NCBI GenBank assembly: GCA_001600815.1
Contig: BCKZ01000005.1
Coordinates: 257,532 to 321,531, forward strand
Source of the DNA: Alloascoidea hylecoeti
Lineage: Eukaryota
Direction: 5' to 3'
DNA length: 64,000 nt
Of the stretch, positions 1 through 13,050 are shown piece after piece. The number at the start of each line of letters is the position of its first letter. Within the stretch, counting starts at the first letter, position 1. Position numbers and translations under genes: made by a program. The notes under the pieces are model-generated. The model did no database searches. It was given only the letters and a program-made list of their open reading frames with translations, and was not told where the DNA came from.

Positions 1-17
1 CTAATATATTTACGATC

Positions 18-692
18 ATGTCTGATTATTTAGCTTCTCCAATTGAACATGAAAGACGGACTCCTGCAACTATAAATTTAGATGGATATGTAGAACCGTT
101 ACTTCAGAAAATATGGGTAATGCCTTTAAATTCCTTCCTACTGGCGGCCCAAGTTGATAAATGTGATGAGACGTTAATAAAAAATATTTCTTTCCAACTT
201 GAACAGGATATTGGTTCCCAAAATTTTATTAATGATAATGAATGTTATATTCCTTTTAGGAAAAGAAAATTCGAGCTTAAAAAATTGTAATAGAGAAAAT
301 TAAATGGAAATCAATTTTTGAAATGCCCATCGGATACGGAGTAATAGCCCAAAAAGTACCACCTCTAACAGTTTACGGCGATATTCCTATCTTTCATTTT
401 AATTCAAGGTTTGGGCTTCGTATGTATTACAAATACTTTTGGAATAATAAGATAGTAATACTAGCTGATTACTATGTTTATGAAGATGAAGCTGCTGAAC
501 AAGACAATAACTATTCAAAAGTTCATATGTTATGACTTTGAAACAAAAAGACAACAATATATAAAACTTGAAGATCTTAAGCATTTCGATGAGGATCCCG
601 AAAATTATCACAAAATTTGTCCTGAAGATTTGTTCATATTACTTGATGATGATTTAAATTATAAATTTTTAGAAAATCCAAAAAATATATGA
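18..692 (+). pseudogene. Frameshifted reading frame of unknown family (may extend left of the window)
   Basis: ORFs 18-290, 323-535 (open upstream to ~281) and 474-692 join into one coding-like frame with two compensating shifts at A-runs near 279-284 and 517-520. No family recognised. Confidence 0.4.
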
Positions 693-1102
693 CTTTTATA
701 ATTATTATTAATTTAAACATTATATCGTATCAAGACTTACGTATACTCAAATTTGAATGGAATAGGCTTGTATATTCAAATTAATTTTAAAAATAGCGTA
801 TTGGATTTAATAAAGCAGCAATTTATGAAAATAGAATGTACTGGTATTAATTGCATTATCTACTCCCCCTTCTAGCTTTCCAGGTTCTTATATTAACAAA
901 TAATACATTAATAACATTGCTTTATGCATGGTGTACAACATAACTATATAAATGGGTTCCCCCAAACCTTTAGTGAAATTAATTTAATCATATAAATTTT
1001 CCCTCATTACAAAATATGTTTGCAATTAAGTTGGCACTCCCACGAAATCTAAAGATAATGAGGAATAGCAAAGATATCTGCTGCAAGGTAAACATCCGAT
1101 AA

Positions 1103-1125
1103 CCCCCCCCCCCCCCCCCCCCCCC
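1103..1125. repeat. C23 homopolymer
   Basis: Direct count of 23 consecutive C in AT-rich intergenic DNA. Confidence 0.95.
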
Positions 1126-1526
1126 TACGCTTTAAACATTTTAGCACATGTCATTCTCAAAGACAGAAAACAACGTTAATATTAATGATCTAATTTTATA
1201 TAAACATATACTGAAGATACGTATACTGAGGAGGAAAAGCGACTAGTTAATCTGGTTTCATTCATTATTGTTGTCTATCCAATTGACGAAACTTATAATT
1301 GTATTTGTAATTATCAGGCAGGTTTTATTTGGATGCCATTAATTGACTTAAGAAAAATCATTAATATTATTCTTATTCCTATTATTATCATAAAAAACAA
1401 AATAATAATAATATATAAAAAAAGTTATTATAGTATGGTTTGAATCTTCTAAGGAAAAAAAAAGGATAAAAGATAAATAAAAAAGGTATTAATTAATTAA
1501 CAGCAAACAAATAATCACAGGATAAT

Positions 1527-2632
1527 TTAACAACAACTACTTGATGATTTTTCCTCAGTTGGAGCAGGTGTTAATGAAATTGTTGGACCATTTCCTGGTT
1601 TTGGACCTGATGATTCTGCAGTATCAAATTGATGACTTGAAACCATTTGATAGATTTCTTTTAATAGTTGATGGAATGATAGATCAACATTTGCTGCGTT
1701 TAAAGCTGAAGCTTCTGTGAACAAAAGATTATGTTCAGCTAATAATTAAAATAGAGTTAGTATCAGATAATAATGGTTAATTGATAAGCGTTAAGCAAAA
1801 CATAAATAAACATACCAGCAAAACTTTTGGCTTCATCGGTTGGAACAGATCTCATATGATCCAAATCAACTTTATTACCAACCAAAGCAATAATGATATT
1901 AGTATCAGCATGATCCTTTAATTCCTTTAACCATCTGTTTAAATTCTCATAACTTTCAGTTTTTGTAATATCATAAACTAATAAAGCACCAACAGCTCCA
2001 CGATAATAGGCACTTGTAATTGCTCTATAACGTTCTTGACCAGCAGTATCCCAAATTTGAGCTTTCAATTTTTTACCATCAATTTCAACTGTTCTTGTTG
2101 CAAATTCAACACCGATTGTACTACGAGATTCTAAATTGAATTCATTTCTTGTAAAACGGGAAAGAAGATTAGATTTTCCGACACCGGAGTCACCAATTAG
2201 GACAACTAACAAAATAAATTAAGATGAAATGTTAGATATGATTAAATTTAAAATCATTCAGAGATCTTTTGAAATTCTTTTGATATTTTGGTATATAATT
2301 TCATCATGAATTTACTGGTTGTTGTTGTTGTTGTTGTTGTTAAGATTTTGAGAGATATTATTTATTGTTGTGGAAATCATGTTGCAATGAATAAATATTG
2401 ATACTCTTCCATTTTTTTTCCGATTTTCTTCATTTTACTACATTTAAGTCGATTTGTTTCTGATTTATTTCGTTTTGAATGATGATTTTCGTTGATATCT
2501 GAGACTCTTTTGACCCCACCCGGTCCGTGATAAATCCACAAAAGTTGAATATCATAAAACAACAAGGAAACACAGATAAAACTTACTCTTAAATAAAAAC
2601 TCGTAATCGTAGGAATATTCTTCGTTTGCCAT
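1527..2632 (-). CDS. YPT31: Rab11-family GTPase Ypt31/Ypt32; exons 2632-2587, 2205-1816, 1738-1527
   Basis: Spliced product [33 protein letters not shown]...IGVEF...[22 protein letters not shown]...GNKVD...EASAL...SSCC (prenylation CC). Donors GTAAGT and GTATGT, branch sites TCTAAC and TACTAAC, TAG acceptors; phases match. Confidence 0.96.
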
Positions 2633-2706
2633 GGTGGATCAATGGGATGTACTGAAAATGGAGGGCCTTAACTTCAAGGAAGTTTGGGGACGTGGTCTGT
2701 TTGTGG

Positions 2707-2714
2707 CCGGGTAA
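2707..2714. promoter_or_regulatory. Reb1-type site (CCGGGTAA) upstream of YPT31
   Basis: Exact match to the yeast Reb1 consensus ~75 bp upstream of the ATG; the motif recurs in four other promoters in the window. Confidence 0.65.
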
Positions 2715-3294
2715 CGCGAGATCTGTACAAACACAAAACCTCGCAGGTTCGAGACCCATAGTAGTCTAGCAGGAGAATACTAAAAAAGCTTAATAATTAC
2801 GAAAAGTTACAACTGTACTGTCGCAAAAGTTGTATCTGGTAGCTTATAAAACCCACTATGAACCCAAATTTGAGAGTTCTCTTCTATAGCTTTACTGACA
2901 AAAGCGTTAACATTGTAAAGTCATCATATAAATACAGGTTCAATATTGGTATCAACATTCCAATATTTGTTATATTAATGTCGCCGCCAATCTGCTTTAA
3001 AAATTACTTTCAGCCGTAACCCTTGTAAGCATCGCTATATGTGGTCATACAAGCCTAGGTGTACCTGCAAAAAATTGGAACTGGTCAAGCCACAGATTCA
3101 TTCCATATAATACATTAAAATCATGAAAAATGATAATTAGAGATTTAAACATGTAGAGACTTTAAGACGGACTTGAATACCCTTGATCGTGGGTCATTTG
3201 GTTCTTGATCATATAGTATTTTAACTAGTAAGCTGAAGTAAAAACAATTACTATTATACCACTCAATTAAACAATACAATTGGAAGCAGAAAGT

Positions 3295-4537
3295 CTATTT
3301 CTCTGAATCTTTAGATTTACCATCTTCTCCTCTGGATTCAACCCATTCTTTACTGCCACTCTCTCGAGGACCAACCGTTTGTGTTTTACTATTGGAATCC
3401 GTACTTCTGCTTGGCGTATAATAAGAAGAACGATCAAACACATCTTCACATTCTAACGTAATCAACTCATCATCAGATAGTCCCAATTGAAATCTTTTTG
3501 TTTTAGTTATTTGTAGCAATACCCATTCAAGCTCAACATCCGCAATCTTATTCCGCGGAAGCGCTTTTGAACCACCCTTTTCAACATACTTATAGGTGAC
3601 ATCAAATGCACCTTCAGGTCCAAATGCAATCGCATAACTCATTTGTTTCCCCCAACCCTTTTCATATAAAGTTGGTTTATCAAATGCGTTCTCACAACTA
3701 TCACAATGAACCCATCTTTTATGTGAATATGAGTATATTTCTGTCCAAACATGATCTTCTTGATTCCATACCCAACGTGTCTTGGCTCCAACGGCTGTAG
3801 CTAATAAGCAGAAGCAATTTGCCCATTCACCACAGCGACCACGTCTTGATTTAAGAAGTGTTTTCAAATTGTTATACCTTGGAAATCTTTCAATATTTGT
3901 GCACTTATTGCATTTGTAAAGTTCCACTCGGCCTGCTCCACCTTCCTTTTCTTCTGTATTTGGTTGTCCTCCCCCAATTCCTGATGTTTCGCTCTATTAA
4001 TATAAATGTAGATTCACCATTTGTTAGTTTGATCAGTTTGATTATTATGTTTAAGTTTACATACCCCACAAAGGCTACATTTCGGAGAGTTAACCCAGAC
4101 AAAAAAATCATTTTTAAACCAGCTTTTAAAATGTACCGTTAACGTTAGTTTTTCAATCAAAAGTAGTTAGAAAAATGTGAAAATATATACTCTAGTAGTT
4201 CTTGTATCACACATTCAATGTATCCCCATTCTACGTATTCGGGATCCTCTTTTTTCTTTTTTTTCTCTTCTTCCTGTCTTCTTTCTGCCCCACTATAAAC
4301 TCTTTCTAAGTCAATGACTTCCATTGCCATTTCTAAAGTATCTGGGTCTTGGAATTTTGTTGGTGTTTCTGCTAATTGGAACATAAGTCGTGCAAATTGG
4401 TTTTGTGTTATAGACCTACTACGTGGGACCATTTTCTTTAAAAGAGCGTTGTCCCATTTTCTTGAATATCCTGAAATCAACTTTCGAGATAACTGTTTAA
4501 AAATATCTTTAGGGATTACAGGATCGGGTGTGGTCAT
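3295..4537 (-). CDS. PNG1: Peptide-N-glycanase (transglutaminase-like); exons 4537-4191, 4122-4065, 3993-3295
   Basis: Splicing restores [23 protein letters not shown]...GAGRVELYKCNKC (two CxxC); catalytic motifs GRCGEW, EDHVW, HCDSCE and KQMSY. Donors GTATAT and GTATGT, branch AACTAAC in both introns. Confidence 0.95.
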
Positions 4538-4907
4538 GATTAAGTGTGCTAATATCAACTAACTGCGTGGGGGTCGGATGATAACGATAATCTAAGTTTT
4601 AACAACGTGTTCGGTGATCGGATGTATCTCGAATGGCTTATTCGCAACGAATAACCAATTATATACCCTATGGTACCAGTATCATACATTAGGAGTGAGA
4701 TTAATTCTTTATGTAAGTATAAATAATATTATTAATTATAATATATAAAACAGAGAAATTTGCAAGTAGGAATACAAAAATATAAAAATATTGGGAAAAT
4801 TAAAAAAAAAAGCGAGAATAAATCCATTTAAATAATTGCATTCTTTCTTCTTAAGCTAAACTAGTTTTTTATAGATAAAATTTATTGACTGTTATATGCA
4901 TGACCTC

Positions 4908-7530
4908 TCATTTTCTTAAGTTCCCATAAGGTCCATCATGCCCTATCATAGAAGCAGGAGGAAGCGCCGACTTCTTACTTACTAGTTTTCTATGTGCTTT
5001 ATTACTTACCGACTTTCTAGAAGGAGTATTATCAATTGAAAAATCTGGATTTAATGTAAGAAAATCATTAGGATTTGGCTTAGCACGTCTTTTCTGTCCA
5101 AACTCATTCAAGGTACTGAGCCTATTTGGTTTTGAATCATAGTATTGAGGATTAACTCCTCGTTGAGAAACTGATGTGAAATGTGATGATACAGATCCAA
5201 TAGGGGATTCAGGTGGTGGAGTAGCTCGCATTTTTAAGGGATCGGCTGAAAATGGCAATACCGGTGATGGAGGCTCATCATTTATTATTCGTGATTCCCG
5301 AGGCAAGCTATCTTGATAAGAATTTATAATATCAAGATTATAACTACTTAGAACATTTGAACCTCTTGGATCGGGTTTGAAATTTAATGGTCTTCGTAAT
5401 GGTACTTGACTTACATCTTGTAATTGATCATTGAAAGGAGGTTGGTTATGAGTTTGAGGTGGTGGATTTGTCCATTGAGAAGTTGAAGGAAGTGGGCGAG
5501 CCGTCCTATCAGAAGATATTGAAGGTCGTGACTCATCTTGAGAATAACGTTGTGTATAATCATGATCAGAAATACCATTCGGTTTAGTTAATGTACCATA
5601 GGAATCAGAAGATTGTCTTTTATTTTGTTCCGCTGCATCATTATCATTACCTATTTGTGGTGGTGGTGGTGGAATATTAGATAATGGGTCTTTATTTTCC
5701 ATCCACACATCTTCATCTGGATGTACTTGGCGCTGCTCAGTAGTTGAAGAATACATACTACTTTCTTCAGTATTTGAAATGTCATTTAAAATTCTCATTC
5801 TTTCATTGTCCGTAAATGCACGACCTGGGGAATTCTTCAGTCCGCTTGATATCCCATTCGGGGAGGATTGTGGTGAAGTATGCTCGTCAAGTATATTTTG
5901 ATTTAGCAAAGGATCTTGATCTCTTGCTTCTATGTAGTCAATATTATTTTGACCAGAAGATTCATCTTTCTGCCTATCATTTTCATGCTCTCTCGTAGGA
6001 GAAGGTAGCTCCATAGGTCGAGGACCAGAAGGCTTCCGTTGTCTTGGGTTATAACCGGGTGGTCGAGGAATAGCTTCATATGGCGTTCGACCTAGCGCTT
6101 GTTCAGGCCGTGTAACTATAGGATTTAGGGGGAGAGGGTTTGGAGAATCCATGTAATCAGGAGATGATGTATTGTCGTATGGTTCAAAGAGTATTGGACC
6201 CGAAGAACCGGGGGGTAAAGAAGGAATTGGTCCATCCGTTGGGTAAGGTGTCTGTTTCGCTCTTGAATCTGATGGCAAGTCAAGCTCTTTTTCAAAATGC
6301 GGTAGAGAAAGTATAGGTGGATAGGGTAATGGATTGCTAGAATCGCTTGAATATTGCGGTTGTTGATTTCCATATGGTGACGATGTTGAAAACGGTTCAG
6401 CCTGACCGATATTATTTGGTGCAAAGTTAAAGTCATCATTATTGATATTATTGTTACTCATTCGGTTAGAATTAAATCCTCCCTGTCGTACATCGTTGAA
6501 ATTATGCGGAGCTTGAGGAGTCTTATTACTGTTTATATTTGAATATGGAGCAACATGAGAACTAGATGGATCTGAAGGATTGGAATGCTGGACATAGTCA
6601 TCGAATCGTGAAAACGAATTTTCAGGTGTCTCTAATACATTTGAATCTTCAGCTGTTAAAGGTTTCCTATCATCGTGACTAGAATTGGTTGAGTTTCCTA
6701 ATTTCAATTCAGTAAAAGCAGGTAAAGTTTTAGGGTTCGCTGGATTATAACCAGAAGGACCATCCCCGATATTTAAATGATTAAAAGTGTTAAAATCTTG
6801 AAATTCGGTACTATCTTCATATGAGCGCTGCATTGCTTTACGAGATGAGGCCGACCTTCTCATCAAACAAACAACAATCCCAGAAAGTGCTATTAGAACA
6901 GTTGATGCCAAATTTATCCAGCCTGCCCATTTCAAATGTGGGATAAATAACAGAATATCGACCAAAAAAGCAAGGAGTGCCAGTAAAAACGTTGGAAGCA
7001 TCCATATTAAAACAAATAATAAGTACCGCAATGAATGATTTATAGCTCCAAAATGTGCTAGCACCGTAGAGACTAATAGAATGAAAGTGAAACCTGTTGC
7101 AATCGGATGTACTATTAAAAGTTTTGATATTGAGGATCGAGCATTTGATGGCAATGAAAAATCGTCGGAGTCGAGTGAAGCTAGATGATTTAAGTATGTT
7201 AGCTAGCTAGTTACATAAATAAATAACACAAGGAATAAAAGAGAAAATGGCAGTTGCCCGGGAGGAAAAAACAATTAGTCCATAGTATATAACCCCAAAG
7301 GATTGGGTCAAACGTAAATGTTGAAAAGAAAGCTTACTCGGATCATAGCCTATACCAACATCGCTGCATTCACCAGATGTAGAACAATAGCCGAATACAC
7401 CAAAGTTGTACCCTCCATATTCGCACAGAGAAATGGTTTTTGTGACAGGGTTGGATAAATTCGATATCAGTTGTAGAGTAAATGCAACGGTAAGCAGAAT
7501 AGAAGCTGTAGTGGCCACTCGAAAAACCAT
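4908..7530 (-). CDS. SUR7/PalI/Rim9-family membrane protein, long form with Pro/Ser-rich cytoplasmic tail; exons 7530-7338, 7180-4908
   Basis: N-terminal hydrophobic helix, FGVFGYC...C...IGY motif, spliced junction giving DDFSLPSNARSSISKLLIVHPIA, then DILLFIPHLKWAGW and three more TM segments. Intron GTAAGC...GCTAAC...TAG. Resembles PalI/TOS7-type proteins. Confidence 0.88.
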
Positions 7531-7747
7531 TTGAGGATATGAAATAAAAACGCTGGAGGTTGAAGAATAAAAATACAAATAAATTTGGTGTGCGCTTGGT
7601 TGTTACAACAAAGTTGAACAAACACGCTTGTAAAAACATATGCTTAAATTTATAATTGGAAATTGATATTTTTTGTATTTATATTTATATTTAATTATAT
7701 TTAATTATATTTAATTATAATAAATATCATTTGACAGATATACAGCG

Positions 7748-9563
7748 CTATAAACATACGAGCTTTCTCACAACAGACCTCTTCCTTGTTCTTGTGGATC
7801 TGAATACATTATCAGCCCCATTTTCATTACTTTTTTTACTGCTTTCTACTTTGGCTGATTTAGTTCGTGTTAAATTAGCCTTAATAATGTTAGTACTATT
7901 CGCATCCCCAGTACTGGTTGAAATCGATTTTCTATGACCAAACTTTCTAGACATCTCAGGTGAGCTTCCTTGTTTGTACGTTGGCGTTGGTGCGGAGTAT
8001 GTTGTAACTAGCTCCAATGGCTTGTAATGAGCCATTGAATTGCTAACCATGGCTTGATCGCAAGAATTTGTTGCTTCTAGATATGTTGGAGCTGCAAATA
8101 CAGTAGCAGACTCCTCCGATGACGTTGATATTCTAGTGTTGTCGTTATGGTTAGCGATTTCTCGATCAAGTATTAATTCATCTCTAAATGATGTTTCATA
8201 GGTTGGAAGGATTCCAAGATCCATATCGTTTGTACTAGTACAAATACTATTACCAGGAAATAATTGTTCATACACTAATGCATTGACAAAATGTTCATCA
8301 AAAAGAGTTGCTTTCCTTCCTGTAACTGGGAATTGCGATGAGATAACCAATGTAACTGGAAAATGTCCTCTCAATTGTGTATATTTCCCATCTTCATTTT
8401 GGAAGATTACTTCATATTTCATTTTATGAAACACCTCAATAACTCCACCTAATTCATAACTAGGCATAATTCTTGAAATACTTGATGGAATGGGAATGGT
8501 TTCTTCAAACAGCCATTGATCTGGTGATTCTAATTCACTATTATTCTTAAATATGTGATTAACAACAGGTCTTCTATTTGAAAACAACTTTTCATTATTA
8601 CTATAAAAATTTTGGTATTGTATTATAGACACACTGACCTTTAAAACCCTTAATTTTTTCACCATTGGAATAGCTAATATCTTTACTTTTGCTGACCCAC
8701 CAATCGGTATAATTTTTGTTGCCAGATCAATTTGATACTCTAAAATATTGTCCCATTGCCTGGTTGCACTTGCGAAGTTTAAAAAGTTGTCAAAACATAT
8801 CGGTAATGTTCGTATTATTCTTATGGGTTTTTGAACTATCCACGGTTTAGATTTAAATCCATTATTTCTTTCAAGTTTAGCTGTAAAAAAATATGAAACT
8901 CCATTAAGATATTCAATTCCTTCTATTGATTCTAAAGTATCTCCTGGTAAACGGAATGAAAATGGAATAGTATGCTTTCCTTTTAAAAGTGGTTCAAAGG
9001 AAACACTTGTTTCAGATCTATCTTTAGAACTAGTACTATTCATTCGTACTGCAAATGATTCTTTATACGTTAACCCGCGAAATTTATCATAGTTAGAACC
9101 AGATTTTGTCTTAGAATTGACATCGTTTGGATTTATGTTATGCAAATCTAACTCGAGTTCTGAATTTAAATTTGAAGCTCCAAACTTCAAATTCCCCTCA
9201 TTATGTTTTAATACATTATCCCATTCACATCTAAAAACTGGCTTTATCATATTTATTGGGATGACAAGAGATTCTCCACCCTGGCGATGGTTCAAATTAC
9301 CTAGGCGAAAATCGCCTTCTAGCTGTAATTTAAACTCTTTAACCCATATTGCTTTGCTTAAGTTTATATCAATGTGGCCTTTAACTAAAACTGAGGAAGC
9401 TTCGGATCTTGAACCTTTAATCAGGATAATATCCTCGTATTCGGTGTCTAACCTATGTATTTTTTTGAATGGGATTATAGTTAGGTCAGAAATATAGAAA
9501 TATTCAAATATAGATAGTATTTATTTACCTTATTTTGAAGCTATTTAGTGCTGAAATGAGCAT
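7748..9563 (-). CDS. Alpha-arrestin (ART), Rod1/Rog3/CreD-like Rsp5 adaptor; exons 9563-9529, 9452-7748
   Basis: Spliced N-terminus MLISALNSFKIRLDTEYEDIILIKGSRSEASSVLVKGHI; arrestin motifs LKGKHTIPFSFRLPGDTLESIEG, KPIRIIRTL, IPIGG, HKMK...NEDGKYTQLRGHFPV; PY-like LPTY. Intron GTAAAT...CCTAAC...TAG. Confidence 0.85.
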
Positions 9564-11657
9564 ATTATGACAAAAAGGGAAACGGAGTTGAAAAAAGAAA
9601 AACTATCAAGACAGAGTGACCAATTCAATATCTGATACTAAAATAAAATATAATAATTGGAGTATCAGAGGTGATAATTAATCTTTTATAAAAATATTAT
9701 ATATTAATTACATTGATCATTAGTTGAAGTTAAAAATATAAGATTCTGATTTGTATTGTCTAAAACTTAAACTCGATATCTCCATAACTCTTTTACCTAA
9801 ATTTAATAAAATTTCTTTTTGCTAACGTACAAAACCTTATAAGTTTAGATATTAAGATTGTATGATATCTATATATTTCTTACATATAAGTAAATACTTA
9901 TGAAAGGTTTGAAAAAAGACAGATATTTGGCGATCTAGACCTGATAATAGCTAGTTATTATATCCGTTTATGCCGATATAATTAATATCTCATATGCCAT
10001 ATAACAACTGTTTTACTTCAATCGATGGGATATTTAAGACAGCTGTACGAGAGACTATAAGTTTCTTATGCGGTTAAAGCTTAGCAATATAATATCACAC
10101 GCACTACTTAATACATGATAAAATGTTATAATTTTTAAAAGAAATATATATACCTTTAGGGTGACCTATGTCATATATTTACAATTACAGTATATACTAT
10201 ATACATTGCAATTTCAAATTTTGATAGTTAATTAACGTTACAACCAATTACAATGCGTAGGTAGTAATAATTCGCAGCAGTAAAAACAAAACCTAGTTAG
10301 TTAACCGTTACCTACAGGCCTAGAGAGAAAAACTGATGACAACATTGACAATTGCAATATTAATAAAACTTTTATAACATCCTTGTAATTAATCATCTTA
10401 TAAAACTGATATAAAGTTTATATATAATAAATGGGCATCATCCACAGATTCCACAGAGTGAAAAAAATTTAGAGCTTAACAAGCAGAAAATTTGAAAGCA
10501 GAAAATTTCTCATGGATAGTAAACTATATTTATCCATGGCTGATTGATCTTAAGGTCAATGAGCATTGAGCGGTTTGCAGTTGATGGGAAAGCATGAGAT
10601 TTTCACAATATAGTACACACTTCATCCAGCTCGAAAAAGCTAGATATAGGCCTGTAATTTATTTATAAAAAGGACCTTTACCAAATAACACTTTCAAATA
10701 GACACCATTGTTCCACTTAATTTCTACCATATTTTGAAAATTAATATTTTAGGGGATGGGTTGGCGGCAGAAGATTGGGGATCGCGTGGGAGAAGCTATA
10801 GCTCAAAATATAGCTGATTATTTAATGCGATTAGCACCTTTATTTCCTTTTTGGAACAAATATATTTTTAACCCTTACAAATCTTGATTTCACTCTCAAT
10901 CTCTATTTAGTAAGGCCAAGAGCCAAGAGCAAATAAATCTTCTTTTTTTCTCTCTTTTAGTCTGTGTGTTATGTGTTGTGTGTTGGTGTTATTTACTTGT
11001 CTGCGTTTATTAGCCAACATCACTTAGGAGTTGCGTTGATTGATGCTCTAATTAGCGATGATGGCTTCAATTAATTACCCCGTGAATTGAAAATTAATTA
11101 AAATGTGTTCTGGTAATTAATTAGTGATTTTGTAGAAACTTATTTAGAGTTTTACCTCTCTGTTTGAATTAATAATTAGACACCTTCTCAGACAATTAAC
11201 TAGTGAAGCGTTCAAAATTTAATTCGCGATTGTGGTGAATTTTCATTGGCATACAAGAATTAATTGGCGATTAGTGTGGAAATTAGTTAGCGATCTGTCT
11301 GAAAAATAGTTAGTGCTCGGTGCATTTCGCTTATTATTATCGGGAATATCATTACCATAAGATGGAAAGACTATAACAAGAAAATAAAGAAGTATTGAAA
11401 TAAGAAAGTAATATGGTTTTAACGGAAATCGATGGTAAAACTCGTTGTATCCAGATTCCAGATGCATCGGAATAATGTGCTTAAAGATAGTCAATTGTGA
11501 AATATGTATCTCATACTATCTATGTATATAAATATAGCTTTCCCATCATCATCAATCACTTCTTTTTAAAAGAAAAGGTCAGTTTAGTTTAGTACTAAAA
11601 AACCACCAAAGTAGTCCTAATTATCAGTTCCATTATATCAAACCAATTTCAAGAGAA

Positions 11658-12300
11658 ATGGAGTATATAAATCTTGGAAATTCAGGTCTTAAGATCTCAA
11701 AGATTGTTATGGGATGTATGTCTTTTGATAACAAATCATAGAATCCTTTGGTTATCGAAGAAGAAGAAAAAGTCTTTTAAATTTTTAAAAAAGCATATGA
11801 TCCTGGTATTAGAACCTTCGATACTGCTGATACTTATAGTAACGGGGATTCAGAAATCATTTTAGGAAAGTTCTTGAAGAAATATAACATTAAAAGATCA
11901 ACTGTTGTTATTTTAACAAAAGTTTTCTATCCTTGTTATAGAAAAAAATTCGATGGCCAGAAAACATATTATGGATGCTGTTGACGATTCAATTGAAAGA
12001 TTAGGCTTATATTGACGTTCTTCAAATTCATAGGTTCGATTCTTCAACACCGAAAAAGGAAACAATGAAAGCTCTCCATGATGTTGTTTAAAGTGGAAAG
12101 GTTAGGTACATTGGAGCTTCAACAATGCGGATATATCAATTTGCTCAATTACAGTTTATTGCAGAAAAAAATGAATGGACTAAATTCATCTCAATGCACA
12201 ATTTATATAATTTAGTTGACAAAGAAGAGGAAAGGGAAATGATTCCATTTGTAAAGAAACAGGAGTCGGTATAATCCCTTGGTCTCTATTAGCAGGCGTT
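11658..12300 (+). pseudogene. Aldo-keto reductase pseudogene, decayed copy of 36565-37605
   Basis: Long near-identical stretches with the 36565 gene (e.g. AGAACCTTCGATACTGCTGATACTTATAGTAA, AAAGCTCTCCATGATGTTGT); nonsense changes TGG>TAG, TCA>TAA, CAA>TAA; frameshifts; two internal deletions. Confidence 0.93.
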
Positions 12301-12899
12301 GTATCTACAGTTGAATATTAATGCTAGTTATTACCATATATATATCAACAGTATTAATTGCTATTCCGCTATTCCATATAATTGAATAATTCTTTAGCTT
12401 ACATTTGGTCAGATTTATACTCTAACCCAAATGAAATTAACCATGAGTTCTCAAATATAAGAAAGCAACATTTCAGATGTGATACTGGCTGGCCTAGATG
12501 TACGACTACATATAGACCTATATTATATTAAGTAGATTTTAGAAGCCCGTAACTGCAATAAGACTAATTGCATTCCACTGCAACCAATTTGGTAAGATTT
12601 TGGGGAAAAATTAGCCACTGTTTTGGGAGTTAATTAGCGATTTATGTGGTAATTAACAGTGATTAAGAACATCAACTAGTTATACGATAGCGACAATGTG
12701 GTGACAAAGATAGATAGCGCTTTGTAATACCCAGATGAAGTGGAAGAACTGATATCGATGTTTATGCTATATGGTATACCACTGTTAAATGATCTCTCAT
12801 ATTATAAGCGAATTAATTTTTAAACAAATGGCACCAAATACCGCTTAAATTTTTAATTAATCACAAAATCTTTTCCTAAATATGCCTCGGATATTTCTA

Positions 12900-13050
12900 T
12901 GAATTGGTACCAGTGGAAAAACAGGACAAAAAAACATCAACTTCAATCGCGCACAATTTTGGTGATAGAAAGACCTGGCATAGTTTCTATTTGCGACTAG
13001 AAGATTCATGATTTATATTGGCCCCTATAAAATCATGTCCTATAATATGT
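12900..13050 (+). mobile_element. Possible eroded Ty3/gypsy integrase C-terminal relic
   Basis: ATTTATATTGGCCCCTATAAAATC translates to IYIGPYKI, like the GPY/F module of gypsy integrases. Frames are broken and no LTR is seen. Confidence 0.25.

Noticed and set aside
2742..2760. CGCAGGTTCGAGACCC resembling a tRNA T-arm or B-box (similar at ~56936 and ~62881)
   Set aside because: No acceptor stem, D-arm or anticodon arm can be built, so not tRNAs.
7748..9563. Arrestin next to PalI read as RIM8/PalF, forming a pH-signalling cluster
   Set aside because: Motifs fit the Rod1/Rog3/CreD subfamily, not Rim8.
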